DNA of 58,462 nt, from assembly GCA_043806935.1 (NCBI GenBank), contig JAZDGP010000003.1, positions 1-58,462 of the forward strand, in the 5' to 3' direction. Position 1 is the stretch's first letter; each line of letters begins with the position of its first letter. A program made the translations under genes and the position numbers. Shown here one piece after another: positions 1-8,926 of the stretch. The notes beneath the pieces are model-generated. The model saw nothing but the letters and a program-made list of their open reading frames with translations. It was not told where the DNA came from and did not search any database. The stretch comes from a bacterium. GTDB lineage: Bacteria > Patescibacteriota > Patescibacteriia > JAZDGP01.

Positions 1-34
1 TCCAATGCTGATTGCTATTATTTGGAATTAGTGT

Positions 35-77
35 AAAAAAATATTAAAGGAATGGACAATTTTGTTCATTCCTTTTT
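35..77 (-). terminator. Terminator-like hairpin downstream of mltG
   Basis: 9-bp stem aaaggaatg (46-54) / cattccttt (67-75) with a 12-nt loop. On the minus strand it is followed by a T-run (plus-strand A-run 35-41). Confidence 0.45.
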
Positions 78-119
78 ATAATTCTCATCCACCATATAGT
101 TTAACAATGGAACTAATAA

Positions 120-929
120 TCATTTCAAATACTTCTGTTTATTACTATTATGCTCTTCTAATGTCTTGCCGTAATGGACATTCCCCTCTCCATCAGTCAA
201 AAAGTACCAATACTCATTTGCTTGAGGATGCCAGGAAGCATTCATGGCGTTCATGCCTGGATTGGCAATCGGAGTGGGAGGCAATCCTTTGTACTTATAA
301 GTGTTATACGGAGAATCTGTTTGCAAATCTTTGGCAGTCAAAGAGGCTCTACCAGTATCAAGAATATAATTAAGGGTGGAATCAGATTCCAGACCGCGGC
401 CAACGTTCACTCGCTTCCAAAAGATATCAGCAACCATTGCCATGTCTCGCGGATGTCTCACTTCTTTTTCCAACACGCTAGCCATGACAATCAAATCGCC
501 AAAGAGTTTATCTTCCGCTGATCCGTCTGGCTCTCCCAAATTCTTTGTCTTATCTTTAAAGTTATTCAAGAATCGCTGTGCTACCACTTCCGGAGTGGTC
601 ACCGCGTAAAATCTATAAGTATCAGGAAACAGATACCCTTCCAAAGTCTTGGCAACGCGTAAGAATGGATAATCTGCCAGCCATTTATCAGGCCAATTTT
701 TACGATCCTTGTATTTCATGAACTCCGCTGATTGAAATAACTCCTTTTCTTCCAGCATCTTCCCCATATCAGCCATTGTCATTCCTTCAGGAAAGACAAT
801 CATTACTTCAGCTCTAAGCAATGGAGTTTGTGCCGCTCTCTCTTGTAAATAATATCCAAGGTAAGCAATCGCGGCCAGTAAAATAATTGCGAAGAAAATT
901 TTCTTTCTGCTGATCTGCCAAAGGTACAT
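120..929 (-). CDS. mltG: Endolytic murein transglycosylase MltG (YceG-like)
   Basis: N-terminal TM anchor (IFFAIILLAAIAYLGYYL) and the YceG hallmark block DSPYNTYKYKGLPPTPIANPG. Full-length 269-aa ORF. Confidence 0.9.
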   Translation of the reverse strand: MYLWQISRKKIFFAIILLAAIAYLGYYLQERAAQTPLLRAEVMIVFPEGMTMADMGKMLEEKELFQSAEFMKYKDRKNWPDKWLADYPFLRVAKTLEGYLFPDTYRFYAVTTPEVVAQRFLNNFKDKTKNLGEPDGSAEDKLFGDLIVMASVLEKEVRHPRDMAMVADIFWKRVNVGRGLESDSTLNYILDTGRASLTAKDLQTDSPYNTYKYKGLPPTPIANPGMNAMNASWHPQANEYWYFLTDGEGNVHYGKTLEEHNSNKQKYLK

Positions 930-972
930 ATTGCTTCTGAAAAACAGAGCTACAATAAATTTCCTTATAGTA

Positions 973-2550
973 CTAGCCGATCAGGCTTACGCCTGTCATC
1001 TCCTTTGGCTGCTCTAACCCCATGATACTAATTATAGTAGGAGCTATGTCAGCAAGGAAACCTGCTGGCGGAGCGTCCGCAAGGTCAGGACCAGCGTCCT
1101 GTATAGGCAGAGCTTTGCCTTTCCATTCCTTTTTAACAAAGAAACAAGGTACAGGCGTGGCTGAATGTTCCTTGTCAATCTCCCCTGTTTTCAAATTCTT
1201 CAGCCCTTCAGCGTTGCCGTGGTCGGCAGTAATAATCATCGTTCCATTTACTGTCAGTACCGCTTCGCACAATTCTTTAAGGCAATGATCAACAAACTCA
1301 ATCGCTTGGATGGTAGCTTTTAAATTGCCAGTATGAGCTACTAAATCAGGATTGGCGTAGTTAACAACAAGAAAATCATACTTCTCCAAACCCTTAATCG
1401 CTTTCTTGGTTAATTCCTTGGCAGACATCTCTGGTTTCTTGTCGTAACTAGGTACTTTAGGAGAAGCTACTAATTGGCGGTCCTCTCCGTTAAACGGCTC
1501 TTCCCTTCCGCCATTAAAGAAATATGTTACATGCGCGTACTTTTCAGTCTCCGCGATGTGTATTTGCTTCAGTCCAGCCTTACTTACGACTTCAGCCAGA
1601 ACGTTTTTTGGCTGGTATGGTTCATAAGCAACAACCACTGGCAATCCTTTTTCATACTCAGTCATGGTGGCAAAGAACAGTTTTTTGATAAATGGACGAT
1701 TGAATTTGGAGAATGATGGCAAGACAAAGGCTTGGGTTAACTGCCTGGCACGGTCGCTCCTGAAGTTAAAAAAGACCACGCTGTCATTATCTTCAATAGC
1801 TCCGATTGGAGTGTTATCCTTATCCACTATCATGAAAGGTTCCACTTGTTCGTCATATACTTGCTTCTTGTAGGATTCCAACAAAGCTTTTAAAGGATCA
1901 TTAGCAACATGGGAAGACTTTCCAGTCATTGCCAAATAAGACGCTTCAGTACGCTCCCAATGGCTGTCCCGATCCATGCCATAAAAACGTCCTGACACTG
2001 ACGCGATCTCCCCTAACCCTCCTGTGGATTTAACTACTTCGCGCAATTGTTTAATAAAATCCTTGCCGCTATCAAAAGGCATGTCACGCCCGTCCATGAT
2101 AGCGTGAGTAAAACATTTGTCTTTAGAAACTTTTAATTTCTTTGCTAAATCAATTAAAGCGAACAGATGGTTCTGGTGGCTATGGACTCCTCCTGGGCTC
2201 AAGCACCCTATAAAATGCAGATTCCCTCCTGTTTTTTTAATGTGCTCCACCGCTTCCGTTAACGCTTTGTTATCAAAAAAACTTTTGTCAGCCACGCTCT
2301 TGTCAATCCGTGGCAAAGGCTGGTAAAGAATCCTTCCGGTTCCAATGGTCAAATGCCCGACTTGTGAATTGCCAACCTCTCCCCAAGACAAGCCAGCTGC
2401 TTCCCCGCTTGCCTGCAATGTCACCACCGGATAATCCTTAACCAAAGAATCAATAAAAGGCTTTTTAGCCAATTCAATGGCATTGCCGTCATTCTTTGGA
2501 GCAACGCCGTAACCGTCAAGGATTGCCAAGACAACAGGCGGACGAGACAT
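973..2550 (-). CDS. gpmI: 2,3-bisphosphoglycerate-independent phosphoglycerate mutase
   Basis: 525 aa with an iPGM-type N-terminus VVLAILDGYGVAP and the C-terminal metal-site block ITADHGNAE. Its start shares nt 2550 with the eno stop (TAATG). Confidence 0.95.
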   Translation of the reverse strand: MSRPPVVLAILDGYGVAPKNDGNAIELAKKPFIDSLVKDYPVVTLQASGEAAGLSWGEVGNSQVGHLTIGTGRILYQPLPRIDKSVADKSFFDNKALTEAVEHIKKTGGNLHFIGCLSPGGVHSHQNHLFALIDLAKKLKVSKDKCFTHAIMDGRDMPFDSGKDFIKQLREVVKSTGGLGEIASVSGRFYGMDRDSHWERTEASYLAMTGKSSHVANDPLKALLESYKKQVYDEQVEPFMIVDKDNTPIGAIEDNDSVVFFNFRSDRARQLTQAFVLPSFSKFNRPFIKKLFFATMTEYEKGLPVVVAYEPYQPKNVLAEVVSKAGLKQIHIAETEKYAHVTYFFNGGREEPFNGEDRQLVASPKVPSYDKKPEMSAKELTKKAIKGLEKYDFLVVNYANPDLVAHTGNLKATIQAIEFVDHCLKELCEAVLTVNGTMIITADHGNAEGLKNLKTGEIDKEHSATPVPCFFVKKEWKGKALPIQDAGPDLADAPPAGFLADIAPTIISIMGLEQPKEMTGVSLIG

Positions 2551-3806
2551 TACCGTTTCAATTCACTGGCAATCTGGAGCAAACGGTTGTACTTCTCCAC
2601 CCGTTCTGACCGTGACAATGACCCAGCCTTTATGTACTCCGCTCCAACCGCCACAGCGAGATCAGAGATAAAAGTGTCCGCGGTCTCTCCTGACCGATGC
2701 GACACGATAATCTTATAACCATAGCGTTGTGCCAGTTTAATCGTAGCTAATGTTTCCGTCACTGTCCCAATCTGGTTGAGCTTGATTAAAATAGCGTTCC
2801 CAACCTTGCTTGCTATCCCTTTCTTTAACCTCGCTGGATTAGTAGCAAACAGATCGTCTCCAACTAGCATTATTTTCTTTCCCAGCTCTTTAGTTAACGT
2901 CTGCCAGTGTGTCCAATCATCTTCCGCTAACCCGTCCTCAATGGACAGTAACGGATACTTCCCAACCATCTCTTTCTGCCAATCCATTAATTTCTTGGCA
3001 GACAGTTTCTTGCCTCCAAAGAGATACGTCTTGCCGTTATAGAACTCAGAAGCAGCCATATCCATGGCTAACACTACCTCTTTCTTGTAGCCAGCTTTAA
3101 CGACCACATCAGCCAACAAAGCCAACGGACGTTCATTGTCCCCTAAAGCAGGAGCAAACCCACCTTCGTCCCCAACTGACGTAGAAAATCCCTGCTCCGC
3201 TAAAACCTTTTTCAATTTCCAAAACACTTCCACTCCTGCCCTTATCCGTTCGCTGAACTTCTGCTGTTTTGGTACGACCATGTACTCTTGGATGTCTAAA
3301 CCAGAGGAAGCGTGTACTCCTCCGTTAATGACGTTCATCATTGGGTAAGGCAGACGGCTAGGGTAAGGATACTTACCTAAATCAGCAAGGTAACGGTACA
3401 AAGGCAATTTCTTTTCCTGAGCAGCAGCTGCTACCACGGCCATAGACACCCCTAAAATGGCATTTGCTCCTAACTTCTTTTTATTCTTAGTGCCATCTAA
3501 TCCAACCATAGCGTAGTCTATTTCTTTCTGTGTTGTTGGCTTCTTGCCAACCAGCAATCTCCTGATCGGCCCATTGACATTAGCAACTGCTTTAAGCACA
3601 CCCTTGCCATTATACCTCTTTCCACCGTCTCTTAACTCCCAAGCTTCATGGCTGCCAGTGCTCGCTCCAGACGGCACCTTGGCAGTGCCAACCACACCGT
3701 CATATAAAATAACAGACACTTCCAACGTCGGATTGCCACGGGAATCTAAAATTTCCCTGGCTTGTATATTCTTAATCTTGGACACTCTCCAAAATAAAAG
3801 TTTCAT
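2550..3806 (-). CDS. eno: Enolase
   Basis: SKIKNIQAREILDSRGNPTLEV N-terminus and SHRSGETADTFISDLAV active-site block. The true start could be the in-frame GTG at 3785, since VSKIKNI matches usual enolase N-termini. Confidence 0.95.
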   Translation of the reverse strand: MKLLFWRVSKIKNIQAREILDSRGNPTLEVSVILYDGVVGTAKVPSGASTGSHEAWELRDGGKRYNGKGVLKAVANVNGPIRRLLVGKKPTTQKEIDYAMVGLDGTKNKKKLGANAILGVSMAVVAAAAQEKKLPLYRYLADLGKYPYPSRLPYPMMNVINGGVHASSGLDIQEYMVVPKQQKFSERIRAGVEVFWKLKKVLAEQGFSTSVGDEGGFAPALGDNERPLALLADVVVKAGYKKEVVLAMDMAASEFYNGKTYLFGGKKLSAKKLMDWQKEMVGKYPLLSIEDGLAEDDWTHWQTLTKELGKKIMLVGDDLFATNPARLKKGIASKVGNAILIKLNQIGTVTETLATIKLAQRYGYKIIVSHRSGETADTFISDLAVAVGAEYIKAGSLSRSERVEKYNRLLQIASELKR

Positions 3807-3824
3807 TAAAATAATTATAGCACA

Positions 3825-5000
3825 TTATCTTTTCAATGTCTTAATCCCCGGCAATTCCCTGCCAGACAGAAACTCCAGCATGGCTCCGCCTCCAGTGGAT
3901 AAAAAGCTAAAAGAATTGCCTGCTTTAAGCCTCCTAATCGCTTCCACAGTCTCTCCTCCGCCTGCCACCGCGTACGCTAGAGAATGAATAATAGCCCTAA
4001 CAAGATCATCCGTGCCTTTGGCAAAGGACGGTTTCTCACTGCACCCTAACGGTCCGTTCCATAACACCATCTTAGCAGTGCTAACAGCCTGCCATATCTT
4101 GTGAATAGTCTCTGGACCTATATCAACGACTAATTCTCTGGGACGGATGTCATTAGCAACACGCACTTCCGCTTCCCATGGACGATCTAAAGACTGTACA
4201 ACAACCACATCATCAGGAAGAATAACTTTCTTTGATTTCAATAACTGTTTAGCGGTCTTTAATTCGCTCTTTTCCACCAATGATTTTCCTGTTCTGAACC
4301 CCTTAGCTAGAAACAAAGTATTAGCTAAACCGCCAGTCAAGAAAACCACATCAAACTTCTTTATGATGTTCTCTATCACCTTGATCTTGGTGGAGATCTT
4401 GGCTCCGCCAAACACCGCCACTGCCGGATGGGACGGTTTGGTTAATAACTTTGTCAATTCCTTTACTTCCCGTTCCAGCCATAATCCAGCGTATGAAGGT
4501 AAAACCTTAGCTAAGCTGACAACTGAAGCAGCCACACGATGGCACACCGCAAAGGCGTCATTAACGTATACATCTCCGTACTTAGCCAGCTCTCTCGCAA
4601 ACCTGATGTCATTCTCTTCTTCTCCAGGATAGAATCTAAGATTCTCCAGCATGGCAACATGTCCGGACGGCAATTCATCTAACGCCAGCTTGGTTGCTTT
4701 TCCAAAAGCGTCATCTAACTTCATAATCTGCTGTCCTAATAATCTGCCCAACGCTTTAGCCACTGGATCCAAACGCAGGCTGTTTACAATCTTACCATCA
4801 GGACGCCCCAAATGCGTCAAGATAATCACCTTGGCTTTCTTGTCCAACAAATACTTCAAGGTTGGCAGTGACGCTTCCAAGCGGTAGCTCTCCGCTTTGC
4901 CAATCTCTCCGTTAGGCAATAATGGCACGTTTAGATCAAGGCGGAGCAATACCCGTTTGCCGCGCAAAGACCTTAATTTCCGTACACTTCGCAAAAGCAT
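3825..5000 (-). CDS. pgk: Phosphoglycerate kinase
   Basis: LRGKRVLLRLDLNVP N-terminal motif and C-terminal STGGGAMLEFL. At 391 aa it is not fused to tpiA. Confidence 0.95.
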   Translation of the reverse strand: MLLRSVRKLRSLRGKRVLLRLDLNVPLLPNGEIGKAESYRLEASLPTLKYLLDKKAKVIILTHLGRPDGKIVNSLRLDPVAKALGRLLGQQIMKLDDAFGKATKLALDELPSGHVAMLENLRFYPGEEENDIRFARELAKYGDVYVNDAFAVCHRVAASVVSLAKVLPSYAGLWLEREVKELTKLLTKPSHPAVAVFGGAKISTKIKVIENIIKKFDVVFLTGGLANTLFLAKGFRTGKSLVEKSELKTAKQLLKSKKVILPDDVVVVQSLDRPWEAEVRVANDIRPRELVVDIGPETIHKIWQAVSTAKMVLWNGPLGCSEKPSFAKGTDDLVRAIIHSLAYAVAGGGETVEAIRRLKAGNSFSFLSTGGGAMLEFLSGRELPGIKTLKR

Positions 5001-5043
5001 ATATGGCTACAGCTTAGCGCAAAATGATATATTTGGTAAGTTG

Positions 5044-5084
5044 ACGAAAAACAAAAAGTCTCTGGCGATTAGGCAAGAGACTTT
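5044..5084 (-). terminator. Rho-independent terminator after the 375-aa lipoprotein gene
   Basis: 9-bp stem aaagtctct (5055-5063) / agagacttt (5076-5084). On the minus strand it is followed by ttgtttttcg. Confidence 0.6.
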
Positions 5085-5102
5085 AAGCGGACTTATTCAA
5101 AA

Positions 5103-6230
5103 TTATAATCCATGACGGCCAAGCGGAGCAGTGGGCAAATATTTGATAGCAAAACCGTTGTTGTAATCCGCACTTGAAGTTCTGTGTCCAGCCGGATCTG
5201 ACTGATCGCTCCAAACAAAATCACCAGTAACACTGCCTGAAGCCGCACTTGCGCTGTTTGCCGTTACATCATTAACGATGTAAGTACTTATGCTTGCTCC
5301 GGTAAGAGATCCCGAAACGAATGTTCTCAATTCAAACTTTCCGTCACCAAGGGCTGGTATTTCTATTTCTCGCGACGCCGCTAGATTGATAACCACCACC
5401 CCGCCTGATGGAGAAGATGGCGGGACTATATCACTTGCCTGAGATACTAGATAAGGCGTTCCTGTGACATTCCACAAACTCCAATCTGTCGCAGCAGTGG
5501 AAACAACTACTCCAGACGCTACCACATTAAAGGTCAGTTTCTTGATACTAACAGCTCCTTTAGCGTCTGGTAACATCACAAAACGATAAATTGGCGTATT
5601 GGGTCCTAAGTTCCCTAATTGAGGATCAAAACCAGCAAGTAGAGAACCGACTTCCGGAATTGACTTGTAGAGCTTCATGTTTGGACCATCTAAATCATTT
5701 TTTACTACGGATGATCCTTTTATCCATACACCAGATGCGGACACGGCTTCTAAATCAACGTCACTGACAGAAGCGCCGGCATTCATACGGACAAAAAATT
5801 GTGTACCGCCCGAAACAGCTCCGCCACTGATAGATTTCAAATCAGCTTTAACAACAATCGTCTTCCAGCTATCTTTCGGTACAGCTATCTGTAAATCAGT
5901 AAACTTCGCAATGCCAGTGCCGTCCAAGTATACTTTATAAATATTAGCATCATCCAACAGCCAAACCGCGTCATAATTCTGTGCTGGAGAACCAGTGAAC
6001 TTCAATTTGGTGATTTTCATGTCTTCATTCCCAGCATAGAACTGATATTTAGCCATGATCACACCAGCGGAACCAGCCGTGATAATCTTTGGCGATGTCT
6101 CCCCATCAACAACAACCTTGCTTAACAAATATCCTTTTGTGTCGTCATCTGGGCCAGCAACATTTTTTTGACAGCCAATGAGAAACGCAAAAACTGTCAA
6201 GATAACTGCTGTAATTTTTATTCTATTCAT
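5103..6230 (-). CDS. Surface lipoprotein, paralog of the C-terminal third of the 1272-aa S-layer-like protein
   Basis: Signal peptide with lipobox LIGC and a strong SD (GGGAGG, 6239-6244) 8 nt upstream. It aligns by eye along its length with the C-terminus of CDS 49687-53505, for example AGSAGVIMAKYQFYAGNEDMKITKLKFT vs AGSTGVVMAKYRFFASNEDIKVTKLKFT, and the C-terminal 45 aa are nearly identical. Confidence 0.75.
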   Translation of the reverse strand: MNRIKITAVILTVFAFLIGCQKNVAGPDDDTKGYLLSKVVVDGETSPKIITAGSAGVIMAKYQFYAGNEDMKITKLKFTGSPAQNYDAVWLLDDANIYKVYLDGTGIAKFTDLQIAVPKDSWKTIVVKADLKSISGGAVSGGTQFFVRMNAGASVSDVDLEAVSASGVWIKGSSVVKNDLDGPNMKLYKSIPEVGSLLAGFDPQLGNLGPNTPIYRFVMLPDAKGAVSIKKLTFNVVASGVVVSTAATDWSLWNVTGTPYLVSQASDIVPPSSPSGGVVVINLAASREIEIPALGDGKFELRTFVSGSLTGASISTYIVNDVTANSASAASGSVTGDFVWSDQSDPAGHRTSSADYNNGFAIKYLPTAPLGRHGL

Positions 6231-6373
6231 CTTACTTACCTCCCTAAAAGTTTATTCTTGAAGTTAACAAACTACAAAAATAAACGGTTTTTATTAAATG
6301 TCCAACTTCTTGTTTTAACAAGCATATAAAACCTAGCAAAAAAAAAGGTTTTGTCAATAGCACCAAGTATTGG

Positions 6374-6382
6374 TTATCCACA
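6374..6382 (+). promoter_or_regulatory. Perfect DnaA-box 9-mer TTATCCACA (function unproven)
   Basis: Exact consensus in the rplA/lipoprotein intergenic region. It is paired with an inverted one-mismatch box, tgtggatat, at 6421-6429. Confidence 0.35.
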
Positions 6383-6456
6383 TTATGGCTAATATTAGCA
6401 AAGATCAATACATTATTGATTGTGGATATTTCTACTAATGGCTTATTTTGTAAAGA

Positions 6457-7137
6457 TTACACCCCCACAGCTATCCCAGGCCCCATGGTGGAACAGATGG
6501 TCACCTTCTTGAGGTATGTACCCTTAGACGTCTCTGGCTTCCCTTTCTTAACAGCTTCAAAAAGCGTAAGGAAATTCTCTTTTAACTGTTCGTTAGTAAA
6601 ACTAACTTTCCCTATCACCTGGTGGATGTTGGCTGTAGCGTCATTCTTAAAATTAACTCTTCCTTTCTTTAACTCGCCAATCGTCTTTCCCACGTCCATT
6701 GTAACTGTTCCAGTCTTAGGGTTTGGCATCAAACCCTTCTGCCCCAAAGTCTTTGCTATTGCGGCTAATGGCTTCATCATGTCAGGAGTGGCAACCGCTA
6801 CGTCAAAATCAGTCTTGCCAGTAGTTTTAATCTGGTTAATAAGATCATCTCCGCCAACCAAATCAGCTCCAGCTTCCCTTGCTTCCTTCTCTTTATCAGC
6901 TCCAACAAAAGCTGCTACTTTCAATTGCTTGCCTGTGCCATGAGGCAACACCACAGTTCCCCGCACCACCTGCTCCCCCTTGGCAGGATCAATACCAAGC
7001 CTGAAATGGACTTCCACGGAAGCGTCAAACTTGACTGGGCTCTCTTTTACAAGAACAAGCGCTTCATCCACTGGATAGGTTTTAGCGCGATCCAGTTTCT
7101 TAGTTAATTCTATCAATCTTTTTTGTACTTTCGCCAT
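6457..7137 (-). CDS. rplA: 50S ribosomal protein L1
   Basis: 226 aa with an L1-type N-terminus MAKVQKRLIELTKKLDRAKTYPVDEAL. It lies in the secE-nusG-rplK-rplA neighbourhood. Confidence 0.95.
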   Translation of the reverse strand: MAKVQKRLIELTKKLDRAKTYPVDEALVLVKESPVKFDASVEVHFRLGIDPAKGEQVVRGTVVLPHGTGKQLKVAAFVGADKEKEAREAGADLVGGDDLINQIKTTGKTDFDVAVATPDMMKPLAAIAKTLGQKGLMPNPKTGTVTMDVGKTIGELKKGRVNFKNDATANIHQVIGKVSFTNEQLKENFLTLFEAVKKGKPETSKGTYLKKVTICSTMGPGIAVGV

Positions 7138-7195
7138 AATAGTAATGGTTAAGAGGTAATAACGATCTTAAAGATCTCCCTCAATTGTTAATATA

Positions 7196-7636
7196 TTAAA
7201 CTTCGTCCCGTTCCCTTTTGACCAGACGCCAGTGAGTGAGATACAGAATCGCTCCAATTACCACATAAGGAACACTGTCCACCAGTCTCCGTTGCTGTTC
7301 TCTCTTTGGCTGTGTAGCGTCATATTCTTTCTGTTCCCGCTCCCAAGTCTGGTAATCTTTTTGCCACTTGCTTAAAGCTAGTTGTTCCTCATTAGACAGC
7401 TGTTTATTATCCTTGCACTTGTTAGCCACTTCTTGGCAACCAATAAAAGCTTCACCAGTCTTAGAATAAAAAGCTGGCTCTGGAGGACGGGACGGATAGG
7501 CTCTATCCAAATCAGGGAAGAACACCAGCCTCAAAGAAGCATTAAGAATCACTCCCAAAGAAATAGCGAACATGATGAGGCCGACAAAAGTCACCAGGTA
7601 AAGATAAATCGTTTTAATGACTGACTTCAAAGCCAT
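7196..7636 (-). CDS. Two-TM membrane protein inserted between rplK and rplA
   Basis: The ATG at 7636 is 1 nt after the rplK stop (TAATATG). Hydrophobic helices at both ends flank a charged, Lys/Glu/Gln-rich central loop. The track ORF starts 9 nt earlier at a TTG. Confidence 0.6.
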   Translation of the reverse strand: MALKSVIKTIYLYLVTFVGLIMFAISLGVILNASLRLVFFPDLDRAYPSRPPEPAFYSKTGEAFIGCQEVANKCKDNKQLSNEEQLALSKWQKDYQTWEREQKEYDATQPKREQQRRLVDSVPYVVIGAILYLTHWRLVKRERDEV

Positions 7637-7637
7637 A

Positions 7638-8060
7638 TTATTCAATGGTTACGCCCATCTGTCTGGCTGTGCCAGCAATGGATTTCATGGCTGCTTCCAA
7701 GGAACCAGCGTTCATGTCCACCATTTTCTTCTGGGCGATCTCTTTAACTTGAGATTTTGTTAATTTACCAACTTTCTCCGTGTTTGGCTTGCCAGACCCT
7801 TTCTGGATACCAGCCATTTTAATGATCAAAGCGGAGGCGGGAGGAGTTTTTAAAACAAAAGAAAACGACCTGTCTTCATAAACAGTAACCACCACTGGCG
7901 TGGTTTCTCCCGGATTGTTCTTAGTGGCGTCGTTAAACTGAGTGCAGAATTGCTGCATGTTAATGCCATGAGGGCCTAAAGCAGTTCCTACTGGAGGAGC
8001 AGGAGTGGCTTTAGTGCCAGGAATCACTAGCTTCACTTGTGCTTTAATCTTCTTAGCCAT
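7638..8060 (-). CDS. rplK: 50S ribosomal protein L11
   Basis: 140 aa beginning [39 protein letters not shown], a canonical L11 N-terminal domain. Confidence 0.95.
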   Translation of the reverse strand: MAKKIKAQVKLVIPGTKATPAPPVGTALGPHGINMQQFCTQFNDATKNNPGETTPVVVTVYEDRSFSFVLKTPPASALIIKMAGIQKGSGKPNTEKVGKLTKSQVKEIAQKKMVDMNAGSLEAAMKSIAGTARQMGVTIE

Positions 8061-8091
8061 ATGGTTTTACACTACCAAAAGAATAGAAAAC

Positions 8092-8637
8092 TTACAAGCG
8101 CTTAAGCTGTAATGAATCCAGCTCAACTGGCGTCTCACGCCCAAACATAGACAACAGCACCCTAACCTTCCCTCTTCCCTCGTCCACTGACGCTACCTTG
8201 CCTTCAAACTCTTTGAATGGCCCGTCAGTCACCCTGACTGGATCGCCTTCATGGAGATCAATGGTGTACCTAGGCTCTTCCACTCCCATCCGTTTCTGCA
8301 AGGACCGCACTTCCTCGTCAGCAATAGGAGTAGGCACTGTGCCTGTCCCGATAAACCCAGTCACATTGGGAGTGTTCCTGACAACGTACCAAGAATCGTC
8401 AGTGACAAGCATATTAACCAACACGTAACCAGGGAAAATCTTTTCCCTAACTGTCTTCCGCTTCCCGTTCTTAATCCTTATCTTAGTCTCAGTAGGCACC
8501 AGCACTTCAAAAATCTTATCTTCCATGTCCAAGGACTCAATACGTTGCCGCAGATTGCCAGCCACGTTCTCTTCGTATCCGGAGTAAGTATGAATCACGT
8601 ACCAGCGCCGTCCCTGGTCGCCTGTTTGCTTTGACAT
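8092..8637 (-). CDS. nusG: Transcription termination/antitermination factor NusG
   Basis: RWYVIHTYSGYEENV NGN motif and a KOW-like C-terminus (GDPVRVTDGPFKEFEGKV). The ATG at 8637 (MSKQTGDQ) is 1 nt after the secE stop; the longer track ORF would overlap secE. Confidence 0.9.
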   Translation of the reverse strand: MSKQTGDQGRRWYVIHTYSGYEENVAGNLRQRIESLDMEDKIFEVLVPTETKIRIKNGKRKTVREKIFPGYVLVNMLVTDDSWYVVRNTPNVTGFIGTGTVPTPIADEEVRSLQKRMGVEEPRYTIDLHEGDPVRVTDGPFKEFEGKVASVDEGRGKVRVLLSMFGRETPVELDSLQLKRL

Positions 8638-8638
8638 C

Positions 8639-8827
8639 TTAGTAATTATTAATAATGTACTGGAGTAGATTAGACAAAGCAAAATCCAGCACTCCTAAAA
8701 ACAAAGCTACCAGAGCTGAAATACCGACTACCAAGGCGGTATCCCTGACCACTTGCTTCTTTGACGGCCAAGAAACTTGTTTAAGCTCGTCAATAACCTC
8801 CCGGATGTAAAGAGTTAGACTATTCAT
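8639..8827 (-). CDS. secE: Preprotein translocase subunit SecE
   Basis: 62 aa with a single C-terminal TM and the motif EVIDELKQVSWPSKKQV. It sits immediately upstream of nusG. Confidence 0.8.
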   Translation of the reverse strand: MNSLTLYIREVIDELKQVSWPSKKQVVRDTALVVGISALVALFLGVLDFALSNLLQYIINNY

Positions 8828-8861
8828 GTTATAAAAGCTTTTTTAAAAGCCCTGGGGGGCT

Positions 8862-8870
8862 TTATCCACA
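8862..8870 (+). promoter_or_regulatory. Perfect DnaA-box 9-mer TTATCCACA (function unproven)
   Basis: Exact consensus 35 bp from the secE start codon, in the 99-bp intergenic region. Confidence 0.3.
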
Positions 8871-8885
8871 GTATGGAGTAATCTT

Positions 8886-8920
8886 AAACAAAAGTCAAAC
8901 CCCGCTGGCAGGCGGGGTTT
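8886..8920 (-). terminator. Rho-independent terminator after CDS 8927-9523
   Basis: 9-bp GC-rich stem aaaccccgc (8897-8905) / gcggggttt (8912-8920) with a 6-nt loop. The minus strand continues gacttttgttt. Confidence 0.7.
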
Positions 8921-8926
8921 TGGCTG

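Noticed and set aside
6231-6456. Possible chromosomal replication origin, given the AT-rich spacer with opposed DnaA boxes and an A-tract.
   Set aside because: Gene orientation does not switch here (minus-strand genes on both sides), no dnaA/dnaN is nearby, and only two boxes are local. The other perfect boxes are scattered over 43 kb.
6416-7107. Plus-strand ORFs 6416-6943 and 6925-7107.
   Set aside because: They are antisense to the clearly identified rplA gene, with hydrophobic low-information products.
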